From Clostridia bacterium (lineage in GTDB: Bacteria; Bacillota; Clostridia; UMGS1883): a DNA stretch of 64,000 nt. Position 1 is the first letter of the stretch; the number at the start of each line of letters is the position of its first letter. Shown piece by piece: positions 20,252-29,400 of the stretch. The notes under the pieces were generated by a model, which saw only the letters and a list, made by a program, of their open reading frames with translations, was not told where the DNA came from and searched no databases. The stretch is taken from positions 977 to 64,976 of the forward strand of contig JAZQAO010000017.1 in assembly GCA_045545295.1 (NCBI GenBank), read 5' to 3'. Made by a program: the position numbers and the translations under genes.

Positions 20252-21345
20252 TGGCAAGAAAAATTATCGACTCCCACTGCCATATTTGCCAGTGGAATAC
20301 AGACGGTGTTTCTTTTATAGATGCATTTAAAAATTATAAGGAAAAATGTGGTCTTTATGCAGTAAATACCCTTTCTCTTCCTATGGCAGGCGAATCCCGC
20401 GGAGTTTATTCAATGGCACAGAATATTGTGGGGGCTATTTTAAAGTTTGAGGATGAAACGGCATATTCCTACGGTGGTCTTTTCTATCCTGAGGCACCTA
20501 TTAATGACACCCTTGCCGAAAAGTTTGACTTCAAAGCTCAGGCTGAAGAATTTATGGCTATAGGATTTGACGGAATAAAGCTCCTTGAGTCAAAGCCGTC
20601 ACTTCACAAAAAACTTTCATATGGCATTGATAAAAAAGGTTATGATGCTTTCTTTAAATATATAGAGGATAATAATATTCCCATGAATTCCCACGTTGCC
20701 GACCCTCACGATTTCTGGGATGAGGACAAAGTTCCCCCGATTTTCAAAGAAAAAGGCTGGTTCTACGGTGACGGAACTTATGCATCAATTGAGGAAATCT
20801 ATGGTGAAGTTTATAATGTTCTTGACCGTTTCCCCGGCATAAGAATAACTCTTCCCCACGGTTTCTTTATGGGGCATTGTCTTCAGGAGCTTGCAAAGGT
20901 TATGGATAAATACCCCAACACTTCAATCGACCTTGCACCCGGTCCTGCACTGTTCCAGGCATCGGTTGGAAAATATGATGAATTTAAAGCGTTTTTTGAG
21001 AAATACTATAATCGTATTATTTTCGGTACTGACGCAAATAACTATTCTGATTTTGAAACACTTACAAAGCCCCTTTGCAGTGATGTATACCGTTTCTTTG
21101 CAACAGATGATGAGTATACTGCTTTCAGTTATTATGACAGCACCTGTACAATTAAAGGTATGGGACTTTCTGATAAAAAAGTGCGTGCTATAGAGTGCGA
21201 CAACTTTGTAAAGCTTGCAGGCGACAAACCGAAAAAGATTGACAAGGTACTTCTCAGGAAGTATATTGAAAAATTCCTTCCGTATATGCCTGAGGATGAA
21301 ACTAAAAAAGAAATTATTGATTATTGTAAAGAGAAACTTTTATAA
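20251..21345 (+). CDS. Amidohydrolase_2-like metal-dependent hydrolase (paralog B)
   Basis: 364 aa, colinear with paralog A along its full length (roughly half of residues identical by eye). It has a TAATG overlap. Confidence 0.6.
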   Translation: MARKIIDSHCHICQWNTDGVSFIDAFKNYKEKCGLYAVNTLSLPMAGESRGVYSMAQNIVGAILKFEDETAYSYGGLFYPEAPINDTLAEKFDFKAQAEEFMAIGFDGIKLLESKPSLHKKLSYGIDKKGYDAFFKYIEDNNIPMNSHVADPHDFWDEDKVPPIFKEKGWFYGDGTYASIEEIYGEVYNVLDRFPGIRITLPHGFFMGHCLQELAKVMDKYPNTSIDLAPGPALFQASVGKYDEFKAFFEKYYNRIIFGTDANNYSDFETLTKPLCSDVYRFFATDDEYTAFSYYDSTCTIKGMGLSDKKVRAIECDNFVKLAGDKPKKIDKVLLRKYIEKFLPYMPEDETKKEIIDYCKEKLL

Positions 21346-21385
21346 TGGATGTTGAGGATGTTCTAAATTCAAAAAACAGCTTCAA

Positions 21386-21480
21386 CAATGCGAAATGAAG
21401 GAAGATTTTGCATTGCAAAATCCATTTTTAATTTTCCTCTGTGTATAAAGTGGTGTGTAAAAATATGTTTTTTACACACC
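21386..21480 (+). repeat. Family-1 element, contracted form, plus two hairpins (probable operon terminator)
   Basis: AATGCGAAATGAAGG is a single heptad. The hairpin GATTTTGC-ATT-GCAAAATC lies at 21403-21421 and is followed by CATTTTT. A second 12-bp stem, GGTGTGTAAAAA / TTTTTACACACC, lies at 21452-21480. Confidence 0.6.
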
Positions 21481-21501
21481 CTATTTAAAAAGGTGAACTT
21501 T

Positions 21502-23622
21502 ATGTTGGTAAAAAAGTTAAAGGAAGAACACATTCTCACAAGGGATGAGTTTAAAGAACTACTTTCAGAGAATAAATATGACGAAGAGCTTTTTAAGACT
21601 GCCGATGCGGTACGCAGAGAAATCTACGGCACCGATGTTTACATCCGCGGTCTTATTGAGTTTTCAAATTTCTGCAAAAACAACTGCTATTACTGCGGTA
21701 TAAGATGTGACAACAAAAAGGCGGAGCGTTACCGTCTTACAAAGGATGAAATTATGGAATGCTGCCGTGAGGGCTACACTCTCGGTTTCCGCACATTTGT
21801 GCTTCAGGGGGGCGAGGACCCGTATTTTACGGACGAAAGATTCTGCGATATTATAAGCACTATCAGAGGCGAATTCCCTGACTGTGCCATTACTATATCC
21901 GTTGGCGAAAGGTCTTATGAAAGCTACCTTGCCTACTTTAACGCAGGTGCAAACCGTTTTCTGTTAAGACACGAAACCGCGGAGGAAGAGCATTACAATA
22001 AGCTCCACCCTGCTGAAATGAGCCTTGAAAACCGTAAACGTTGCCTTTATGACCTGAAAAAAATCGGTTATCAGGTAGGTAGCGGATTTATGGTTGGCTC
22101 CCCATACCAGACTATGGATAATATTATTTCAGACCTGTTCTTTTTAAATGAGCTTCAGCCGGATATGATTGGAATTGGTCCGTATGTAAATCATAAAGAA
22201 ACGCCTTTTAAAGATTTTGAAAGTGGAAGTGTGGAATTAACGATACGCCTTATTTCTGTACTGCGTTTAATGTTCCCCTGCGCACTTTTACCTGCAACAA
22301 CGGCACTTGGAACACTTGCCGAGGACGGCAGAGAAAGAGGGCTTAAAGCAGGTGCAAATGTAGTTATGCCCAATCTTTCACCTCAAAGATTCAGAAAGCT
22401 TTACAGTATTTACGACAATAAAATTGCCACAGGTGAAGAAGCGGCAGAAAGTCGCAGACTCCTTGAAAAGCGTGTAGAGAATGCAGGCTATAAGGTAGTG
22501 ACTGCAATTGGAAATGTGAAAAAACCTGCAGGTAACAAATGCCTTGTGGCTATGAGTGGTGGTGTTGATTCATCGGTTGCGGCACATCTGATGAAAGAAA
22601 AAGGTTACGACTGCGTTGGTGCTACAATGAAGCTTCTGGGGGCACAAATCCCCATTGATGAAGAACACGCCTGCTGCAGTCTTGAAGATATAGAAGATGC
22701 AAAAAAAGTGTGCGACGCACTTTCTATGGAGCATTTTGTGTACGATTTCTCCCCTGATTTCTGTGAAAAAGTTGTAGACAAATTTGTTTCTGCTTACGAA
22801 AACGGTGCAACGCCTAACCCGTGTATAGAGTGTAACCGTCACCTTAAGTTTGAAAGATTGTTTAAAGAGGCGGAGGGTCTTGGGTGCAACTTTATTGCAA
22901 CGGGACACTATGCACGTATTGAAAAGGAAAATGGCAGATACGTATTAAAAAAAGCCCTTGACCCGTCAAAGGACCAGAGCTATGTTCTTTATTCTCTTAC
23001 TAAGGAACAGCTTGCAAGAACTCTTTTCCCCCTTGGCAATATGACAAAAGAGGAAGCACGTGCTATTGCAGAAAAGCACAATCTTGTAAATGCCCACAAA
23101 AAGGACAGTCAAGATATATGCTTTGTTAAAGACGAAGATTATACGGACTTTATCCGCCGTTATACAGGAAAAGATTATCCTGAGGGAAATTTTATTGATA
23201 AAGACGGAAATATTCTCGGCACACACAAAGGAATTATTTCCTATACTGTAGGTCAGCGAAAAGGTCTCGGACTTGCCTTACCTGCCCCCCTTTATGTATG
23301 CGATATAGATACGGATAAAAACGCAGTTGTCCTTTGCCCCCACGAGGATTTATTTTCAAGTGAATTAATAGCAAATGATATTAACCTTACCGCAGTTGAC
23401 GATTTATATACGCCTATGCGTGTTAAAGCGAAAATCCGCTACCGTCACACACCTGCTGATGCAACGGTAGTGCAGATTGACGAAGATACAATCCGCGTTA
23501 CCTTTGACGAGCCGCAACGTGCAATAACCAAAGGTCAGGCAGTGGTGCTATATGACGGGGATACTGTTATCGGTGGCGGTACTATAATAAGTGCAGAATT
23601 CGGAATACGGAATGCGGAGTGA
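21502..23622 (+). CDS. Fusion ORF: [FeFe]-hydrogenase maturase HydE-like radical SAM domain + tRNA 2-thiouridine(34) synthase MnmA domain
   Basis: I prefer the ATG at 21502. The track ORF start at 21388 lies in repeat sequence. Residues 1-338 align by eye with HydE (IEFSNFCKNNCYYCGIR, LLRHETA, PATTALGT). Residues 339-706 are MnmA (LVAMSGGVDSSVAA, NPCIECNRHLKF, ATGHYAR). There is no stop between the two parts. Confidence 0.8.
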   Translation: MLVKKLKEEHILTRDEFKELLSENKYDEELFKTADAVRREIYGTDVYIRGLIEFSNFCKNNCYYCGIRCDNKKAERYRLTKDEIMECCREGYTLGFRTFVLQGGEDPYFTDERFCDIISTIRGEFPDCAITISVGERSYESYLAYFNAGANRFLLRHETAEEEHYNKLHPAEMSLENRKRCLYDLKKIGYQVGSGFMVGSPYQTMDNIISDLFFLNELQPDMIGIGPYVNHKETPFKDFESGSVELTIRLISVLRLMFPCALLPATTALGTLAEDGRERGLKAGANVVMPNLSPQRFRKLYSIYDNKIATGEEAAESRRLLEKRVENAGYKVVTAIGNVKKPAGNKCLVAMSGGVDSSVAAHLMKEKGYDCVGATMKLLGAQIPIDEEHACCSLEDIEDAKKVCDALSMEHFVYDFSPDFCEKVVDKFVSAYENGATPNPCIECNRHLKFERLFKEAEGLGCNFIATGHYARIEKENGRYVLKKALDPSKDQSYVLYSLTKEQLARTLFPLGNMTKEEARAIAEKHNLVNAHKKDSQDICFVKDEDYTDFIRRYTGKDYPEGNFIDKDGNILGTHKGIISYTVGQRKGLGLALPAPLYVCDIDTDKNAVVLCPHEDLFSSELIANDINLTAVDDLYTPMRVKAKIRYRHTPADATVVQIDEDTIRVTFDEPQRAITKGQAVVLYDGDTVIGGGTIISAEFGIRNAE

Positions 23623-23662
23623 CAAAAAAGGAAATCAGCTTTTAATGCTGATTTCCTTTTTT
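23596..23662 (+). terminator. Family-1 arm plus a bidirectional intrinsic terminator
   Basis: The arm is GAATTCGGAAT-ACGGAAT-GCGGAGT-GAC. It is followed by AAAAAAGGAAATCAGC-TTTTAAT-GCTGATTTCCTTTTTT. The element lies between convergent genes. Confidence 0.75.
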
Positions 23663-23672
23663 GCATCCTATA

Positions 23673-25550
23673 TTATTTTGTTTCAAAACATACTGCTCCG
23701 CCATAGGTGGTTTCTTTATCGAAGGCAAGCAAATTATAACCGCTTTGCCCGTCTGTAAGATAGTCTGTAACTTTTTCCGTTTTAATTGAATTTACATCAA
23801 TATAATCACCTGAAGAATTTATCACAAAAGCAACAGAATCTTTATCAAATTCAAGGTTTCCAAGAGTTTTGTTGTTTGAATCATATTCTTCGGAAGTATC
23901 GGCAAGTGCTGATGTTCCGTCTTCAAGAAGTATTATTCTGGTTACTCTGTTATATGCGTCTGTGGTTATTCTTGCAATGAGAGGACAATTTTCTTTAAAA
24001 TCTGCTGCAGCAGCACGTTCCTTTCCATCTTCATCGGTATAAGAAAGATATGTACTGTAGTAGTCAAACACACCGTCATCATCGCCACGCGAAGAGCTTC
24101 CGCCCCCTGCGCTGCCTCCGCCTGATGCTCCTCCGCCTATGATTAAGCTTCCTGAACCGCCGGAGCTTTCAGCAGAAATAAGGTTTCCCTCTGAATCATA
24201 AACACCGGCACTGCCATTTAGTCTATATTGTACTACAGATTCATCTGTATGAACAGCTTCTATATTAAATCCTGTATCAACGCCGTTTCGCACCTCATAC
24301 ACTGAAGCAATAAGGACATAATCCCTGCCCTCCGGCTGTGCTATCTGATAATAGGAAATCTCACCGAATGCATTGAAGAAAAATGTTCCTTCTCCACATC
24401 TTGCTATATCTGAAATATCCCTTTCAAGATAAGGGGAGGTTAAGTACTCACTTTCTGCTATGGTAACAACATTGTGAGTTGTATCATAGCTTTCCACAAA
24501 TCCGTCAAGTTTAGATGTTGATGCGTATAATATATAATAATTTTCAGTAAGCTTCACACAGTCAATTACATTTTTAGATGAAAGGTTACTAAAACTGCTC
24601 CATTCTCCGTCTATGTACAAATCCACTTCATCACCGTACTTAAATTCCGGTAAGCTTCCCGAATAGTATGTAGCTTCAAGGATATTTCCATATTCAGGAA
24701 TAGATTTCAGCACAGCTTCTGATTCAAAGGCTGTTAACAAAATCACCTCAATAGCATCATCCTCATCGTTTGAAATGAATTCTATATGTCCACCGCCTGA
24801 AATATAAGATGCCAGTCCTTTTGTAGTAAAATCGAAATCACTAACTTTGTAGTTTACATATAATGTTGCTCTTTCATCAAGTGCTATCTCCTGAACTTTA
24901 CTGCTTCCGATTTCTTTATAACCGATTTTATAGCGTTCTTCCCAAATCTTATCATCTTCATCTGCAAGCTGACCTGCATTCAGTTCAAATACAGAATTAC
25001 ATTCTTTTTCTTCTATTTCAACAATAACATTTCTGCCGTATCTGACATTGTAAACAACTTTTACATTTTTACCTAAATACTGCTGACTTTCGATAAAACC
25101 GCCGTCAGCCTGAATATTTTTAATATTCATCTGATACAACATATCGGGGTCAAACGCTCCCTCATTTGCAATGAGTGTATAAGGAACATCTGTCACAACG
25201 CCATCCGCAACAAACATTTGGGCACTTTCACATACCGGAGAAAGACCCTTCCAAACGAAAAATTTTGCTCTGTCATAAGTTATTTCGCTCCAGTCAATCC
25301 CCGTGTGCACAATCTTTGTTACACCTGCAGAAAGTTCAATATCTACTATTTCCGCTTTTACTAAGGAATTTCCGTTATATGCTACTGCTACAAGGTCATA
25401 ATCACTTGTCTTTACATTTGAATAAATTCCAATTGTTTTTTCATTAAACTCCGAATTAGCAAAATAGATTTTTGGCTGAGTTTCTGCAAAAGCACAGTTA
25501 CACCCCAATATCATAATAGCAATTATCAATGAATATAGAATTTTTTTCAT
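23673..25550 (-). CDS. Secreted protein of unknown function with a Gly/Ser-rich linker
   Basis: 625 aa. The N-terminal signal peptide is MKKILYSLIIAIMILGCNCAFAE, with a possible lipobox LGC. The low-complexity segment is SGGSGSLIIGGGASGGGSAGGGSSSRGDDDG. I recognise no catalytic motif. Confidence 0.6.
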   Translation of the reverse strand: MKKILYSLIIAIMILGCNCAFAETQPKIYFANSEFNEKTIGIYSNVKTSDYDLVAVAYNGNSLVKAEIVDIELSAGVTKIVHTGIDWSEITYDRAKFFVWKGLSPVCESAQMFVADGVVTDVPYTLIANEGAFDPDMLYQMNIKNIQADGGFIESQQYLGKNVKVVYNVRYGRNVIVEIEEKECNSVFELNAGQLADEDDKIWEERYKIGYKEIGSSKVQEIALDERATLYVNYKVSDFDFTTKGLASYISGGGHIEFISNDEDDAIEVILLTAFESEAVLKSIPEYGNILEATYYSGSLPEFKYGDEVDLYIDGEWSSFSNLSSKNVIDCVKLTENYYILYASTSKLDGFVESYDTTHNVVTIAESEYLTSPYLERDISDIARCGEGTFFFNAFGEISYYQIAQPEGRDYVLIASVYEVRNGVDTGFNIEAVHTDESVVQYRLNGSAGVYDSEGNLISAESSGGSGSLIIGGGASGGGSAGGGSSSRGDDDGVFDYYSTYLSYTDEDGKERAAAADFKENCPLIARITTDAYNRVTRIILLEDGTSALADTSEEYDSNNKTLGNLEFDKDSVAFVINSSGDYIDVNSIKTEKVTDYLTDGQSGYNLLAFDKETTYGGAVCFETK

Positions 25551-25652
25551 AACTGTTTTTCCTCCTGTAAATGTATATTTTTATTATACAATACTTTCTT
25601 ACAAATAAAATATTATCTGCATAAACAACATATAAAAAAGCACAAACAACAA

Positions 25653-25685
25653 CTTGGGATGTAAAATAAAATCTTACATCCAAAG
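25653..25685 (-). terminator. Stem-loop downstream of the histidine kinase gene
   Basis: CTTTGGATGTAA ... TTACATCCCAAG forms a 12-bp stem with one mismatch on the minus strand. The T-run is displaced, so this is only moderately convincing. Confidence 0.45.
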
Positions 25686-25689
25686 TTTC

Positions 25690-26979
25690 CTATTTGAAAA
25701 TCACAAAAGACAAAACAAACTCATTATTTTCAGATGATATTTTAAATGCGTGTTTATATTTCTTTAATGCAGTCTGAATGTTTCCGATTCCATATCCTTG
25801 ATGATTTTTATCTTGTTTAGAAGTCAAAGAATCTTTTTTTGTATCTGTATTGCAAGAGTTTATTATTTTACATACCAAAGAATCTTTATCATATACCAAA
25901 TCTATATTTATAGCTTTTTCTCCGTCATTTCCAATAAGCTCACAAGCCTCCACAGCATTATCAAGTGCATTACCGAAAATGGTGCATATATCAACAGAAT
26001 CTATCCACAAATTTTCCGGAATCTGCAAATTTGCACTGAATTTTATATTTTTACTTATTGCCAGTGCTTTTTTTGAATTCAGTATAGCATCTAACGCAAT
26101 GTTTCCGGTATTAAATGAAGCTTCATTCTTTTCTACAATTTCTTCGAGTTTATCAATATATTCTAATCCGCCGGCTTCATTTTTAGCCAGAAAAAACTGC
26201 CTGATTGCTATTATGTGGTTAAAAAAGTCGTGTCTGAATTTTTTAACTTCTTCCTGTGAAACCAAAATTTCTTCAAGATGTTTTTTCTGCTCCTTTAACT
26301 GCTGCTCATATATTTTCTTTTCTGCTATGGCTTCGTTCTGTTCGAGCATACGGTCATATAAGTACAATGTTAAAATTGCGCTTATTAAAACACCGATAGA
26401 GCAAATAACAGTTATATCATATAGCTTTTCATTTTCGTTATTGTATGACAAGTTAAAAAACAAAACCTCTGACAGAACTGCTGTAAGAAACACCACGAAG
26501 AACATAATCCAGTACTCTGTCCGTTTTTTTGAAATATCTTTTCCCTTTGTGCAAACTAAAGTAAAAACTGCGTATGTAAATATTTTTGACAAAATTGTAC
26601 CAAAAATGTATGTTGAAGGATTTCCCACTATTTCAGCCGTAGACATCTTAAAAAGGTATGCAAGGGAAAACACAACAATTATCTCCGATGCAGTTGCAAG
26701 CAAAATCCCCAAGGCTGAAACCATCGCACGTATGGCAACTTTACCCTCATACAGAAAGGACGCAATAAAAATCGCAACCACAATACCAACCGTATTCATA
26801 ATACCAAATCCAAAAAATTTATTACTCAGCATTATCAATACCATCAGCAGTAAAATCCCGCCAAATCTGTAAGTTTCTGTCATCCAGTTGCGTTTTTTCA
26901 AAAAAGCACCAAACAGTTTAAACATTATCAATGCTTCGAAAAAACAAGTAAATATATTAAGCACAGACTGCATATTCAT
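25690..26979 (-). CDS. AgrC/ComD-type (HPK10) membrane sensor histidine kinase
   Basis: 429 aa with about 6 N-terminal TM segments, the H-box FRHDFFNH, and a C-terminal GHKL ATPase pattern (NALDNA, GYGIGN). Confidence 0.8.
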   Translation of the reverse strand: MNMQSVLNIFTCFFEALIMFKLFGAFLKKRNWMTETYRFGGILLLMVLIMLSNKFFGFGIMNTVGIVVAIFIASFLYEGKVAIRAMVSALGILLATASEIIVVFSLAYLFKMSTAEIVGNPSTYIFGTILSKIFTYAVFTLVCTKGKDISKKRTEYWIMFFVVFLTAVLSEVLFFNLSYNNENEKLYDITVICSIGVLISAILTLYLYDRMLEQNEAIAEKKIYEQQLKEQKKHLEEILVSQEEVKKFRHDFFNHIIAIRQFFLAKNEAGGLEYIDKLEEIVEKNEASFNTGNIALDAILNSKKALAISKNIKFSANLQIPENLWIDSVDICTIFGNALDNAVEACELIGNDGEKAINIDLVYDKDSLVCKIINSCNTDTKKDSLTSKQDKNHQGYGIGNIQTALKKYKHAFKISSENNEFVLSFVIFK

Positions 26980-27686
26980 ATAAAATACTTCCTTTCTTTA
27001 AATTCCAGAAACGCAACCATAAAATCTTTTTTATACTTTCTTCCCAACGGTACAGTATTTCCGTCATAAAGAAGGATTTCATTGCTTTTAATTTCTTTTA
27101 TAAAATTCATATTTACGGCAAACGAATTATGAACTCTGCAGAATTCATTACTGCCAATATCAGCACATAATGCGGATAATGTTTTTACTATTCTGTAGGT
27201 TGTGTTATCGGTGTGTATATAAAGATAATGTGCTCTGCTTTCAAAAAAAGCAATATCTTTTGTAAAAAGCCTTACAGTGTTACGATTTTCACTGAAAATA
27301 AATGTTTTCTTCTCAGAGCTGATTTTTTTTGTTATAGCATCCATAACATTTAAAACATCATTCTCACTCACAGGCTTCACAAGGAATCTGAATGGCTGGC
27401 ATTCGAAGCTTTCCTGCATATATTGAGTATAGCTTGTAACAAACACTATAATTACGTCTGAATCATAATTTCTGATACTCATTCCTGTTTCTATTCCGTT
27501 AAGACCGCCAAGCTCCATATCAAGAAAAATCACATCATACTCAGCTTTTTTTGAATTATAGACATCTGCAAGTTCCTCTCCTGAGGAAAACTCATCAATT
27601 TCCGTAAGTTTTTCCGAAAAGTTGTTTATAAATCCCTTTATCTGTTTTATACATTCAAAATTATCATCACAAATCGCTATTCTCAT
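26976..27686 (-). CDS. LytTR-family response regulator (AgrA/LytR-like)
   Basis: 236 aa with a receiver domain (MRIAICDD, DVIFLDMEL) and a C-terminal LytTR pattern. It has a 4-nt overlap with the kinase gene. Confidence 0.85.
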   Translation of the reverse strand: MRIAICDDNFECIKQIKGFINNFSEKLTEIDEFSSGEELADVYNSKKAEYDVIFLDMELGGLNGIETGMSIRNYDSDVIIVFVTSYTQYMQESFECQPFRFLVKPVSENDVLNVMDAITKKISSEKKTFIFSENRNTVRLFTKDIAFFESRAHYLYIHTDNTTYRIVKTLSALCADIGSNEFCRVHNSFAVNMNFIKEIKSNEILLYDGNTVPLGRKYKKDFMVAFLEFKERKYFI

Positions 27687-27814
27687 AATTTTAATGCTCC
27701 ATGATATTTTTCTTTCGCTTTATTATTTAATGCACTATCGCACTTCCGCCGATAAATTAAGAGTTAATCGCTTTGCATTTTTAAGTAGCAGTTTTCTTTT
27801 ATGCTTGTCCTCTA

Positions 27815-29362
27815 TCATTCCTTTTCTGCCACTATAAAGCTGACACCGTTCATTCTGATAAATCCTTCTTTTTGTTCAACATTTTGACTGATTAAAACTT
27901 TCTTAAATTCAGGCACAGAATAATTATACGTTTTTCCAGAAGGATTGATAGCTATAAAAATTGTTTTTATTCCATCTGTGCGTTCGTACACCAAAGGATA
28001 ATCCCGCAAAAGAATATTTAATTCGCCATCTGCGTGAAGAGCCGGCGTAGTTTTGTGAATTTCTATCAGCTTTCTCACAAAATTGAGCAGGGAGCTTTCT
28101 TCTTTCTCCTGCTTTTCTACCGTTGGTGTGTTCTTGCGCATATCAGTTGGAAGATACGGCATATCGCTCATAGAAAACCCGTGATTTTTACTGTCATTCC
28201 ACTGCATAGGCGTTCTTGCACCGGTTCTGTTATATCCGCCTTCTTTTGAGGGCAGACCTTCGATATAATCCATTCCTATTTCGTCACCGTAATAGATAAA
28301 AGGAACACCCGGCATAGTAAATAAAAAAGTCATTGCCGCCTTAATTTCATCTGTATCCCGCCTATATGCAAGTCTTTGCATATCGTGATTTCCCGTAATA
28401 AGACCAATATAACCTTGTCCTTTTACATTTTCAAGGTCATATAAATATCTGTCGAGAAATTCGTTTATATCGCCTTTTCCATCTTTTGAAAAATAGCTGT
28501 TTCCAAGCCATAATCTTGTTGTATTTCTTCCTTTTTCGTGACGAAAAAGTGATGTATACGCAGAATTTCCTGAGTGTAAAAGGAAATCAAGATAAAAGCC
28601 TGCATTAATTGCCTTTGTAGGAAATCCCCATTCTGCAATAAGAAGACATTCGGGATTTTTACCTTCCATATAGTTTCGTATTTCTTTCCAGAAAGCTTTC
28701 ATAAAGCTTCCGTCAGTATCTCCTTTAATAAGGGATGCTGCCATATCTACCCGGAATGCATCTGTACCTAATTCCATCCAAAAGCCAATAATTTTCTTCA
28801 GCTCTTCTTTTGTGGCAATACAATCCGGATGATTTACCGGAAGCTGCCAGGTTTTATCCGGATCAGGATGAGCATATCCGTAGTTCAGTGCAGGCTGACT
28901 CCAGAAAAAATTTGTAATATAGTTGCCGTTTCGTTCACTGTATCCGGCAATACCTTCCTCATTATCAAAAGTATCGTCTGTCCATATATAACGATTGGTG
29001 TATTCATTTTTCTCAGCCTTTGCGGACTGTATAAACCAGGGATGGTCAATAGATGTGTGTCCTGCAACTAAGTCAAATATAACCTTCATTCCCAACGAAT
29101 GCGCTTTATCACACAATTCTTTATATTCCTCATTAGTTCCGTAACGTGATGCTACAGTGTAAAAATCGGTCACATCATAACCTGCATCCCGAAAAGAACT
29201 TTCATTTATAGGGTTAAGCCATATAGCTGTAAATCCCATTTTCTTAATATAATCAAGCTTATCAATAATACCACGCAAATCCCCTATTCCGTCACCATTT
29301 GAATCATAAAAAGATTGAGGATATATTTCATATACTACAGCATTATTTAACCAATTTTTCAT
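27815..29362 (-). CDS. GH13 alpha-glucosidase / oligo-1,6-glucosidase-like enzyme
   Basis: 515 aa with VYEIYPQSFYDSNGDGIGDL, DLVAGHTS, DAFRVDMA and GNHDMQR conserved regions. Confidence 0.88.
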   Translation of the reverse strand: MKNWLNNAVVYEIYPQSFYDSNGDGIGDLRGIIDKLDYIKKMGFTAIWLNPINESSFRDAGYDVTDFYTVASRYGTNEEYKELCDKAHSLGMKVIFDLVAGHTSIDHPWFIQSAKAEKNEYTNRYIWTDDTFDNEEGIAGYSERNGNYITNFFWSQPALNYGYAHPDPDKTWQLPVNHPDCIATKEELKKIIGFWMELGTDAFRVDMAASLIKGDTDGSFMKAFWKEIRNYMEGKNPECLLIAEWGFPTKAINAGFYLDFLLHSGNSAYTSLFRHEKGRNTTRLWLGNSYFSKDGKGDINEFLDRYLYDLENVKGQGYIGLITGNHDMQRLAYRRDTDEIKAAMTFLFTMPGVPFIYYGDEIGMDYIEGLPSKEGGYNRTGARTPMQWNDSKNHGFSMSDMPYLPTDMRKNTPTVEKQEKEESSLLNFVRKLIEIHKTTPALHADGELNILLRDYPLVYERTDGIKTIFIAINPSGKTYNYSVPEFKKVLISQNVEQKEGFIRMNGVSFIVAEKE

Positions 29363-29400
29363 AACCTACTCCTCGCAGTTCATTATTATTTTTTATATCT

